A stretch of 64,000 nucleotides of DNA, taken from contig LCEX01000002.1 in NCBI GenBank assembly GCA_000995415.1, positions 19,232 through 83,231 on the forward strand, in the 5' to 3' direction. Each line of letters opens with the position of its first letter. The stretch's first letter is position 1. The notes beneath the pieces are model-generated. The model had not been told where the DNA came from and did not search any database. It worked only from the letters and a program-made list of their open reading frames with translations. A program made the position numbers and the translations under genes. This DNA comes from Candidatus Gottesmanbacteria bacterium GW2011_GWC1_43_10 (GTDB lineage Bacteria; Patescibacteriota; Microgenomatia; UBA10105). Positions 20,278 through 29,244 of this stretch are shown one piece after another.

Positions 20278-23127
20278 ATGAAAAAACTACTATTAGCCTT
20301 TTTGTTATTCGTTTTGCACCTTAGCGCCGTAAGTATCATTATTGGCGCTTTCTGGCCGATAGGCAAATGGTACTTTGATGCCAAACCCTTATGGGGGGTT
20401 GATTTTTATTACACGGCCTCCCTGGTCAATTCTCTTAAACAAAATTTCATATTTCCGGCAGCCGGTTGGTTTTCTGCCTGGTTTAGCGGTTGGCCCTGGA
20501 TCACCGGGTTTCCGATTTTGCACGCATATTTGATTGTACCATTGACTTATTTTTTCGAAGTCAATCAAGCAATCAAAATCTGGATGTTGGTAAGTTTGAT
20601 TTTATACTTTTTGGGTGCCTATGCTCTATTTTATGTTTTATCCCGCAATTGGGTAATTGCCGTATTACTTAGCCTTGGGGCCATATTTTCCGTCGGAGTA
20701 TATGGATCTCTCATGTGGGGAGGAAGTTTACCCAGTCACGCTACACAAATGTTTTTTCCGTGGGTAATCTTATTCGTCGTGCTATTTTTAACCACCAGAA
20801 AAAGAGCCGCCTTGTGGTTGGCAATTTTACTTACTGGTCTTTCGATTTGGGGGCATCCGCAGATAGCGATTGCTTATATCTATCCGACTGCAGGCTTATT
20901 GTTTCTATTTTTGGCACAAGGGTTGAAAATTTGGCACAGGCTGAAGTCTCTGATCGTTTTTGTTTTAGTTTCTTTTGTTTTTGGTCTGCCGCTGTTTTAT
21001 TTTACGCTTGGCGACGCTCTAAAAACTTTGATCGTGACCAATTCGACAGAGGTAGCTACATCTACGGCGAAAGTTGATGCAACTGCCTCTGCCGAAATTG
21101 CCGCGTTTCACGGGGCTCAACCCTGGCGAATCATTCAGGATACCAATTTGACCTTTTACTATTTATTGGCAGGGGCAACAGTTTTTTTTGTTCTGGTACT
21201 TATACTACGTCGGCAACCGAAAATGTTATTTGAATCGTTGCCGTTTCTGGTGGTAGCAATTTTTTATGTAGTGTATGTATGGATATTTGCTTATGGAATA
21301 TCAATTTATCATGGAGGTTGGTACCGGTTGTTTTGGGCTACACCAATATGGCTGGGTATGGTAGTGGCGAGCTTGTGGGGAACGGCCCAAAAACATCTTT
21401 ACGAGAAAGCAACTGGGTTTTGGAAGATTTTTCATATCTTAATTCCAGTTGCCAGCTTGGTTATTTTAGGAGCTGGTGCAATCAGCTTAAACACGACCTC
21501 GCAGGGTCTGAAAGAAAAAATCGTGGCACGGAGTAACACCTCTTCGGCTTTTCCAGATGTCTTGAATTTACGTACCGGCAGCGGGTTTACGGCGTTGACT
21601 TACGATTTGGTACCAACTTGGTTAGACGGAAACCGACGCGACTATCGCCTCTATTCTGCTGATCAAACGGTGAACATCTGGTGGAGCGCGGTTTTTGCAA
21701 TGCCTCTGGCGCGAGGTTACTTTGATCCGCCGGTAAACGCCCAAAACCGAGGTTACTTTTTCTGGCTGGACGCGGCTCTAAATAAAGCTACTAACGGTGA
21801 TGATGAACTAGTGGGAGCATTTCATTATCCGCCTGAAACAGCTTTAAATAATACCCTGTTTTTGGTGGATTGGTATGGGGTGAAGTTTTTTGAAGCCGGG
21901 CATGCCGGACCCACAGCTTACGCACCACTACCCACCAGTTTTTCGCAAAAAACCTATATGGCAAATGAGGTAGACTTGCCTTTCAACACTGAAAAATACA
22001 ATCAAGGAAATCAGGCACTTCACTTTTACGAACTTAAAGATGAGAAGGTGAGTCCGTTGCTTATTGGTACTAATGCCGTGACTTTGGGGATAGTAGCCAC
22101 GGACCAAGGGTATGAAACTGTAGTTCGGGCTCTCGCCGACAGTAATTTGGGAGTCAGCCAACTTATTCCGGTGAAATTAGGCAGCGATTTAAACCAGTTG
22201 TCAGAAAAAACACTGGCGGCGATGGACGGACTGCTACTATATGATTATCATTATTCCAACCAACAAAGTGCATTCAGACAAATAGTCGAATACGTCAAGG
22301 GCGGCAAGCAGCTATTTATAGATTCAGGGACTGAAACCAGAGAAGCCAATTCACAAAACTTGCCGGAAGTATTTCCAATTGAAACGAGTATCCGAAAGCA
22401 GCTGGGTGAGGCCTGGGATTTTACAGAGGTGGATGATGGCTTGACCCGGGGCATCGATTTGACGAGTTTTGATCCCCCGCTTTTTGACCAAACAGCCTGG
22501 AATTTTTCTTATCCGCCTGATTCGAGCGCAGTCAGAACCGGATCCAAGGTTTTATTAAAAAACCATGGGCAACCGGTTTTAATGTCGCTGCCTCTGGGGT
22601 CAGGAGAGGTGATTTGGAGCGGAATGAATCTGTCTTATCATGTCATCCGTTTCCACAACCGGCAGGAAGTAGCTTTTTACAAAAACATCATTACCAAAAT
22701 AGTTAAGCTAGGTAGTCAGGACAAGATTGAATCTGATGCTGAATTTATAAATCCCGAAACTAGGCGGATCCGAATCTCGCAAAGTAAGGGCGTTTTACTT
22801 AAGGAAGAAGCGTATCCGGGTTGGCGGGCGACTATTCGTACCGATAAAGCCAAAGAATCGGCAAAAATTTATCCTGTCGGCCCCAGTTACCCGGGGTTTA
22901 TGTATATTCGTATCCCGACCCGTTTTCAAAACATTCCCAGCGAAGTCACATTTCACTATTCTGGGTCAACCACTACCTGGGGTTTGGTAGGTGTCACGTT
23001 ATTAATTGGTATCACCATTCTTGACGAAGTAGTTCTAAAAGGAGCGATTTTGGGTCGTCTATGTAGGAAAGTTTGGCAAACAATAAATTTCGAAACTAAA
23101 AAATGGTGGGGAAAGGAAGATGAGTAA
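20278..23127 (+). CDS. Large polytopic membrane protein, paralog 2 (tandem duplicate)
   Basis: Same architecture and motifs as paralog 1 (GSLMWGGSLPS; YRLYSADQTVNIWWSAVFAMPLARGYFDPPV; tail KKWWGKEDE). Start is the ATG at 20278 (TTG at 20269 in track). Confidence 0.6.
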   Translation: MKKLLLAFLLFVLHLSAVSIIIGAFWPIGKWYFDAKPLWGVDFYYTASLVNSLKQNFIFPAAGWFSAWFSGWPWITGFPILHAYLIVPLTYFFEVNQAIKIWMLVSLILYFLGAYALFYVLSRNWVIAVLLSLGAIFSVGVYGSLMWGGSLPSHATQMFFPWVILFVVLFLTTRKRAALWLAILLTGLSIWGHPQIAIAYIYPTAGLLFLFLAQGLKIWHRLKSLIVFVLVSFVFGLPLFYFTLGDALKTLIVTNSTEVATSTAKVDATASAEIAAFHGAQPWRIIQDTNLTFYYLLAGATVFFVLVLILRRQPKMLFESLPFLVVAIFYVVYVWIFAYGISIYHGGWYRLFWATPIWLGMVVASLWGTAQKHLYEKATGFWKIFHILIPVASLVILGAGAISLNTTSQGLKEKIVARSNTSSAFPDVLNLRTGSGFTALTYDLVPTWLDGNRRDYRLYSADQTVNIWWSAVFAMPLARGYFDPPVNAQNRGYFFWLDAALNKATNGDDELVGAFHYPPETALNNTLFLVDWYGVKFFEAGHAGPTAYAPLPTSFSQKTYMANEVDLPFNTEKYNQGNQALHFYELKDEKVSPLLIGTNAVTLGIVATDQGYETVVRALADSNLGVSQLIPVKLGSDLNQLSEKTLAAMDGLLLYDYHYSNQQSAFRQIVEYVKGGKQLFIDSGTETREANSQNLPEVFPIETSIRKQLGEAWDFTEVDDGLTRGIDLTSFDPPLFDQTAWNFSYPPDSSAVRTGSKVLLKNHGQPVLMSLPLGSGEVIWSGMNLSYHVIRFHNRQEVAFYKNIITKIVKLGSQDKIESDAEFINPETRRIRISQSKGVLLKEEAYPGWRATIRTDKAKESAKIYPVGPSYPGFMYIRIPTRFQNIPSEVTFHYSGSTTTWGLVGVTLLIGITILDEVVLKGAILGRLCRKVWQTINFETKKWWGKEDE

Positions 23128-23128
23128 A

Positions 23129-25486
23129 TTAGGTAAATTTGGTTATTTTACACACCTCTATTTCAAATTTTCTACCTATCTTTTGCCAATCAAATCGGTA
23201 GGATTCGGTCAAAGCGGTCTTGGCCAATCTCTGTCGGATTGATTCTTGGGTTAATAAATTTATTACCTTCTTGGCTACCAAATCTGGTTGTTTGAGAGGA
23301 AGAGCCATAAAACCTTGTTTATATACCGAACCAAATATAGACAAATCATAACAGATGACCGGGAGTCCGGCCGCCATCGCTTCTGCAACTACCAAGCCAA
23401 ATCCTGCCTCATGATCCAGGAATAGCAACAATTTTGATGCTTTGATATATTGGTAGAGGTTGATTTGGCTCTTTAGATAACCTGTAAAAAACACATTTTT
23501 TTCTAAACCCGTGAGTTTTACTTGCCGTTGGACTTGAGTTTGGATTTCGCGAGTAGCATAACCAACAATAACTAGACGTGCTTGCGGGAGAACTCGCGTG
23601 ACTTTTTGCCAGACATCGAGGGCATCAAATATACCTTTATGCGGCTGCAATCTACCGATGACTATGGCATCAGAGCTTAACTTCCGGTAGATAGGGGTAG
23701 CCTTGATTTGATCTAAATCAACTCCGCCAAAAGCCAATCGGATGTTTTTTCGGGAGAACCCTTTTTTTGTTAGTTTCGGGATAAGTGTAGGATTGTCTAC
23801 CAACAAAAGATCAGCTTGTTTCAAAAGAAGAAGACTGAGCTGTTGCAAAAAATATGATCCAGTGTTTATCCACCACTGACCTTCACGTTGAAATGGCGTC
23901 TGGATGAAATGAAAGAACCGCGCTGTCCAGGGTTGGATATTCGTTTGATGATAAAGGAAAGCCGGGAGTGTATCCGATATCATGTCCGTACTGGTATGGA
24001 GGATGTCAAAAGACGGTAACTTTAGTAAATAAAAATAGGCGAGAAAACTGCGGATTAAATACGCTATAAATAGACGAAACGGTCGGTCTTGATTGTCAAA
24101 CCAAGTTGTGGGGAGGATGACGAAGCGCAAGTAAGGACTTGCGATATGGACTTTTTGCCAATGGTATAGTCCATGTTGCGGTAGAATTACGGTTATCCTA
24201 ACCTTAGCTGATAAATGTTTTATAGTCTGCATGAGTACTTGGTCTCCGCCGCCGATGGCTTGGGTTGAGACGAAAGCGTTGGCTAAACATACAATTTTCG
24301 TTTGTGTTAAATATACCGAAATAGATTTCAAAACAGTTTGAGCGTGGGTTTCCCATGAATATTTGCGGGCTGTGGCAGCAGCTTTTTTTCCCATAGTAAG
24401 GGCTTCAGTTGGATGTTGATACAAATACTTGATGTATTTAACAAATTGATTAGTTTTCCCATCGTCAGGGAAAAACCCTTCCCGGCCGTGAGTAAACAAT
24501 TCGGTCACTCCAGATCCTCGGGGAATGATGATGGGCAATCCATAAGCGGCCATTTCCAAGCCGGACATGCCGAAAGCTTCAAAGTTGGGATGGACCCAGA
24601 CAAAGCTTTTTTGAGCAATTTCCTGTAAGTCAGTTTCCGCCTGTGCGGAAAGCAACGAAATTCTTTTTGCCAAACCTTGTGCTTTTACTTGTGCTAAAAA
24701 ATCCGCGCGGTCCTCAATATTTGTCCAACTGCCGGCTAAAAGGATTTTCAACCGGGGGATTTTTCGGGCGAGGGTCATAAATAAAAAAGGATTTTTGGCC
24801 GATTCCCACCTGGTAAAACCCAAGATATATCGGGATTGCTTGCGGGGCGCAATATCTAAAATGGCGCATCCGGGATAAATGATTAAGGGATCAATCTGGT
24901 AATGAGTTTTTATAAATTTTTGATGGACCCGGGATGAGGTAGCTACCAAAGCTGCGGTAAGTAAAAAATCGCGTTCGTATTTTTTGATCAGAGATTTGAT
25001 AAATGGAGATAACCAGCGTATTGGACTTGAACCATAAACTTTTTCCCAGATATAAAGCATCGGGTCCCAAATAAAAGCTAAGTAAGGGATCTTGAGTCGT
25101 AAGCTGACCGCCCGTGCAGTGATACACGTGGTCGTCCCGTGGCTCACAATAAAATCCAGATTTTTAAGTATTTGATATCGCCCGGCAAAAAATGGGTTTA
25201 ACAGATGGAGGGTAGTCAAAAAAGAAAAGTAAGGGATGCGCCAAGCTCTTTTGAAGGGCCAGGGATTGAAGTCAGATAGGTAAATTACTTCCAAGCCCGT
25301 TGATAAATCCTGATACTGATAACTTATGTCCAGCTTGACCAGAACGAATAGTCTGACGTCATGCCCCAGCTTTTTCAGGTATTGAGCTTCTTGGATGGCT
25401 GATTTTTGGACTCCACCGGGTACAAGCTGGTCGACCAAAATGCCAATTTTATATTTTTTCATAGTTTGGCATAAATATCTCCCCAC
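23129..25486 (-). CDS. Tandem double-GT4 glycosyltransferase (two GT-B modules in one 785-aa polypeptide)
   Basis: Module 1 N-terminus KIGILVDQLVPGGVQK. Module 2 runs from about residue 395 (KIVCLANAFVSTQAIGGGDQ) to the C-terminal E-x7-E GFGLVVAEAMAAGLPVICYD. Confidence 0.7.
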   Translation of the reverse strand: MGRYLCQTMKKYKIGILVDQLVPGGVQKSAIQEAQYLKKLGHDVRLFVLVKLDISYQYQDLSTGLEVIYLSDFNPWPFKRAWRIPYFSFLTTLHLLNPFFAGRYQILKNLDFIVSHGTTTCITARAVSLRLKIPYLAFIWDPMLYIWEKVYGSSPIRWLSPFIKSLIKKYERDFLLTAALVATSSRVHQKFIKTHYQIDPLIIYPGCAILDIAPRKQSRYILGFTRWESAKNPFLFMTLARKIPRLKILLAGSWTNIEDRADFLAQVKAQGLAKRISLLSAQAETDLQEIAQKSFVWVHPNFEAFGMSGLEMAAYGLPIIIPRGSGVTELFTHGREGFFPDDGKTNQFVKYIKYLYQHPTEALTMGKKAAATARKYSWETHAQTVLKSISVYLTQTKIVCLANAFVSTQAIGGGDQVLMQTIKHLSAKVRITVILPQHGLYHWQKVHIASPYLRFVILPTTWFDNQDRPFRLFIAYLIRSFLAYFYLLKLPSFDILHTSTDMISDTLPAFLYHQTNIQPWTARFFHFIQTPFQREGQWWINTGSYFLQQLSLLLLKQADLLLVDNPTLIPKLTKKGFSRKNIRLAFGGVDLDQIKATPIYRKLSSDAIVIGRLQPHKGIFDALDVWQKVTRVLPQARLVIVGYATREIQTQVQRQVKLTGLEKNVFFTGYLKSQINLYQYIKASKLLLFLDHEAGFGLVVAEAMAAGLPVICYDLSIFGSVYKQGFMALPLKQPDLVAKKVINLLTQESIRQRLAKTALTESYRFDWQKIGRKFEIEVCKITKFT

Positions 25487-26241
25487 AAGTATCGGTCAGT
25501 TTGTGCGGATAAGTGTTTGGACAGTGATCGATAGTCAAGCCACCGAGGTAAAAGAAAATGCATCGAATCATAAGCGGTATAGTTGAAGTGGACTTGGCCC
25601 AGGGAATCAAGATACCGAAGACTTTTGAAAGTGTTATTCAGTAGTTCTCGATGAAATTCAAAAGAAATTAAAGGTAAAGAAGTTGTCAGTCCATGTAGCA
25701 CATTAGTTTCATACCCTTCGACATCGATTTTGCAAAATGCGGGTTGGCCATATTTTTGGATCAGAGTGTTCAGGGTGACGAGCGGAATCTTTTGCACCCG
25801 GGTCCAGCGAAAATCTTTGGCGAAGCGGCTATGGGTCACCCAACTTTTACTCATGGTGGTGATAGCCGGTTCTTGTTCACAAATAGCTAAAGAACCCCAG
25901 CCGTTTTTTGCTGAAGCAGCATAGGGGATGATGGCGACACGGGGATCATTGGCAAATTTGTGTCGCAATTCGGCAAGGGAAGCTGTTGCTGGTTCAATAG
26001 CTACTACTCTTGCGCCTAGTTTTAGGAATATGCTGGTTTTTTCGCCAAAACAAGCGCCCACATCAAAAACTAGGTCATTAGGACGGACAAATTGCCCGAA
26101 AAAATTTTGTTCCCGGCGGCGGCGCAAAAAATGCAATTTATCAAAGGTACGCCAGCCCCATCGTACAACCGGGTAAAAGCGAGTAGCTTGAATTGTTTTT
26201 ATAAACCACCATTTCATATTCATTTTTGGCCTAAAATCCAA
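25459..26241 (-). CDS. FkbM-family methyltransferase
   Basis: VFDVGACFGEKT...VVAIEP and KIDVEGYE motifs. Confidence 0.75.
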   Translation of the reverse strand: MDFRPKMNMKWWFIKTIQATRFYPVVRWGWRTFDKLHFLRRRREQNFFGQFVRPNDLVFDVGACFGEKTSIFLKLGARVVAIEPATASLAELRHKFANDPRVAIIPYAASAKNGWGSLAICEQEPAITTMSKSWVTHSRFAKDFRWTRVQKIPLVTLNTLIQKYGQPAFCKIDVEGYETNVLHGLTTSLPLISFEFHRELLNNTFKSLRYLDSLGQVHFNYTAYDSMHFLLPRWLDYRSLSKHLSAQTDRYLWGDIYAKL

Positions 26242-26942
26242 AAACTGTCGCGCCAGGTCGAAAGAGGCGAAGAAATCATCAGATAATTCAAAAGGTTTTT
26301 CAACGGCATGGGAAGTTTACGGAAAAAGACCGGTAGATACCAATCAAAAGGCACGTTATAGGCAGTCGGTAATCTGCAGGTGACAGATCCAAACCCGTTG
26401 AGTTTAAGTAAGTTTGCTAGGGAACTTGGAGTAAAAAACTGGATATGCGAGGGATCACTGTATCCAAACCAGCGCTTTCCCAGGATTAAGCGTAGCGGAG
26501 AAACAAAGTTCGGGGTAATTAAAAAGATATAACCGCGCGGTTTTAAAATACGCCAACTTGCAGAAATGAACTGTTGTGATTGGTAGGGCGTGAGATGTTC
26601 AATCACCGAAATCGAGGTGATCAAATCAAAAGTGGATTTTATAAACGGCAGGCGACTGGCTGAGGCACGAACGATATTTTTCGGTGGGTTTATTTTGCGC
26701 GCGAGTTTTAGAGCTGCAGTTTGATTGTCACAACCTTGGGCTCGGAAACCTGATAGATTCAAAAAACGGACCAGGCGGCCGGTGCCGCAACCGACATCCA
26801 AAACAGACTTGAGTCGGTGTTTGCGCATCAGAAGTTTAACCGATTCGGCAATATGTAGATCAAGGTGGTCGCGTTCATGGAAGTATTGCGGATCGTATAG
26901 AGCTGGTTTTTTTTTCATAATATTATTCAAATTAGGTAGCAT
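26220..26942 (-). CDS. Class I SAM-dependent methyltransferase
   Basis: VLDVGCGTGRLVRFL motif I and LKPRGYIFLITPN. Confidence 0.75.
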   Translation of the reverse strand: MLPNLNNIMKKKPALYDPQYFHERDHLDLHIAESVKLLMRKHRLKSVLDVGCGTGRLVRFLNLSGFRAQGCDNQTAALKLARKINPPKNIVRASASRLPFIKSTFDLITSISVIEHLTPYQSQQFISASWRILKPRGYIFLITPNFVSPLRLILGKRWFGYSDPSHIQFFTPSSLANLLKLNGFGSVTCRLPTAYNVPFDWYLPVFFRKLPMPLKNLLNYLMISSPLSTWRDSFWILGQK

Positions 26943-26996
26943 CCGTTAATAACATGATTACTATAATATTGAAAAATGTGGCACAAAGGGCCGTAA

Positions 26997-28121
26997 TCAT
27001 CCGCCCTGGGCGGACGAACGAGCCTTTAGCTTCCTGTATCCATAAAAAGCTGCTCCCAAGGCGTTGGATTCATCTCCGGGGTTAGGAGCTATGTGCATAT
27101 CCTTCACTGATTGTAGTTTAGCGATTTTTTGATTGGCCCGAGTATTTAAGAAGACACCTCCAGCTAACGCTAATTCATGAATTTTAGTTTGGGTTACTGC
27201 ATTTTTGACCCAAGTCGTCAAACTATCTTCTAATATTTTTTGGGCAGCACAAGCTACGATATCTGGATTTAATCCAGCCAACTTCTCGCGTAAATAAAAA
27301 TCAAAATGACGCGAGGGGATTTGAGATTTAAACTGTAGCCCTTCTACCCAGATTAATTTTTGCAAAAGCTTAATGATTTTTTGGAAGTTGTGGCGAGCTG
27401 TAGCACGGGCCAGTTGCATGACTCGGGCTTCTTCTTTGTGCGGAATAAATCCTAAAAAAGCAGTGATACTGGCATAGAAAAGACCCAAAGAATGAGTATG
27501 TGAAGTCTGACTAAGGCAGTGAAATTGCCCATTTTCCACTATATAAACTGCAGCCGAAGTGCCATCCCCGGCACCGTCACATGTTAAAACCAAAGTTGGG
27601 TTGGAAGAGAGGTGGGGACGGGAAAAATAAGCAGTATAGGCGTGACACAAATGATGGTCGAGGCGGATGATTTTTTTTGGGTCAAGTTTGAGACTGGTTG
27701 CGATATCCCGTATTTGTTGCTCTTGGTTTTGTGGTTGAAAGGCGGCATAGTACAACCTGCGTCCGGTATCGGTGACATAATTAAACCAGGAAAACTGGTA
27801 TTCCCAGCGAGGCGCTAAGTCACGCCATTTGCGTAAGAGCTTGGGTGTCGTGTCCGGTAGTTCCACGCTTTGGGCAGTCGTAAAATGCGGATAAGGATCG
27901 ATGTAAGACAGACAGATCAGATTAAGTTCATGAATAGCGATCCCGGCAATCCGGCAGCAATAATGGATCGCGTTTTTGGGGAAGCCGGATTGATTTTTGA
28001 TTTTGGTAAAGTGGTCTTCACGTGCCTTGGCTACGATTTTTCCGTTTTTAAGCAAGGCGGCTCCCGCACCCAACGCTTCGTTGAGACCCAAGACATAAAT
28101 AGGTTTAGATTTTTTCCACAT
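26997..28121 (-). CDS. Carbamoyltransferase N-terminal-domain protein (NodU/CmcH family; C-terminal domain absent)
   Basis: MWKKSKPIYVLGLNEALGAGAALLKNGKIVAKAREDHFTKIKNQSGFP matches the family N-terminus and the HHLCHAYTAYF His motif. Only ~375 aa, against 573 aa for the full-length paralog at 43054. Internal ATG at 28121 chosen, because the track start would overlap the upstream GT4. Confidence 0.65.
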   Translation of the reverse strand: MWKKSKPIYVLGLNEALGAGAALLKNGKIVAKAREDHFTKIKNQSGFPKNAIHYCCRIAGIAIHELNLICLSYIDPYPHFTTAQSVELPDTTPKLLRKWRDLAPRWEYQFSWFNYVTDTGRRLYYAAFQPQNQEQQIRDIATSLKLDPKKIIRLDHHLCHAYTAYFSRPHLSSNPTLVLTCDGAGDGTSAAVYIVENGQFHCLSQTSHTHSLGLFYASITAFLGFIPHKEEARVMQLARATARHNFQKIIKLLQKLIWVEGLQFKSQIPSRHFDFYLREKLAGLNPDIVACAAQKILEDSLTTWVKNAVTQTKIHELALAGGVFLNTRANQKIAKLQSVKDMHIAPNPGDESNALGAAFYGYRKLKARSSAQGG

Positions 28122-29244
28122 GTTTTTTGATAACTTGGGTAAAAATGTCAATATACTTATCGGCAATTTTGGACCAATCAAAGATGTGTTGGGCACGTTG
28201 GTAAGCTCGGATCCCCATTCTACGGCGCAAGTCGGGTTTGTCAATCAGGCGTTTAGTAAAAAATAACAACTCGGAAAAATCGCTGGCCACATATCCGGTT
28301 TGGCCGGAAATGATGACTTCCGCCGCCGCCGCAAAATTTAGAGCTACTGCAGATTTACTAAAGCTCGCGGCTTCAATGATAGGTAACCCCAAAAACAGGT
28401 ATTTATCAGCAGTGATATAAATATCTGTTTGTTGATACAGCTTAATTAGTTTTGCATCACCAGGCGAAACGATTATTTGTACTTTAGGATCAAGGGTTTT
28501 CAGGTACTTATAATATTGTGATTGTGGCGCAGAGCCTACCAAAGTCAATTTCAAGCCGGGATAAACTATTACCAATTTTTTATACATACCAATCAACAGT
28601 TCAAACTGCTTATAAGGAGTAATGCGACTCACCGATAACAGATTAACAGTTGATTTATTTTTCCGATAATCAGATTTGGATAAGTTCACTGCCTGCAAAT
28701 CAGTTCCCAAATAAATATACGGACACTTCAAGTGGTAGAGACGAAAAGCTTCGAGACTTGCAAAGCGGGAAATCGCAATTATTTGATGAGGTAGATGAAT
28801 TATTAACCATGTTTTTAGATAAATTAAGAAATTTAAGAATGGTTCTAACAGCCACAATACACGTCGTAAATTCATAAAATGCTCGCCCAGGACATTAAAC
28901 TGTGTACCATAATATGTTTCAATAAGGGGTATACGAGTTGACCAAGCAGCGATGATAAATGTCAAGATAGTATGGGCGCTAATCACATCGGGTTGATATT
29001 TCATCAGCTGTTGTCTGACTTTAACTAAATCTATGAATTTTCCTACGATTGGAAATGGGGTTTGGAAAGTCAGTCTGACGTCGACTCCGGCAGTTTTAAG
29101 AAGTTTAATCGTGTTTTGGTCTTGGTTAGTTGAATAACTTATAAAAACGACGGAATGCTTTTTGGCTAGCGCTCGCGCCAAGTCAATTGGAGCCCGCGCC
29201 CCGGATTTGAGGTTGCAAATAAGACCGAGAACTGCGATTTTCAT
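28105..29244 (-). CDS. GT4 (group 1) glycosyltransferase
   Basis: MKIAVLGLI N-terminus and E-x7-E region LGLPIIEAASFSKSAVALNFAAAAE. Confidence 0.75.
   Translation of the reverse strand: MKIAVLGLICNLKSGARAPIDLARALAKKHSVVFISYSTNQDQNTIKLLKTAGVDVRLTFQTPFPIVGKFIDLVKVRQQLMKYQPDVISAHTILTFIIAAWSTRIPLIETYYGTQFNVLGEHFMNLRRVLWLLEPFLNFLIYLKTWLIIHLPHQIIAISRFASLEAFRLYHLKCPYIYLGTDLQAVNLSKSDYRKNKSTVNLLSVSRITPYKQFELLIGMYKKLVIVYPGLKLTLVGSAPQSQYYKYLKTLDPKVQIIVSPGDAKLIKLYQQTDIYITADKYLFLGLPIIEAASFSKSAVALNFAAAAEVIISGQTGYVASDFSELLFFTKRLIDKPDLRRRMGIRAYQRAQHIFDWSKIADKYIDIFTQVIKKHVEKI

Noticed and set aside
23125-23131. Convergent stop codons of two large genes only 1 nt apart with no terminator
   Set aside because: Verified in sequence, but this is common in compact genomes. 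It was not counted as a feature.
28122-28244. Track N-terminal extensions of the carbamoyltransferase-N protein and of the GT4 at 40097-40255, and TTG/GTG-extended starts at 2822, 10704, 20269 and 54653
   Set aside because: The extensions overlap the coding 3' ends of upstream genes or lack family homology. Conserved N-termini begin at internal ATGs (28121, 40096, 2834, 10767, 20278, 54674).
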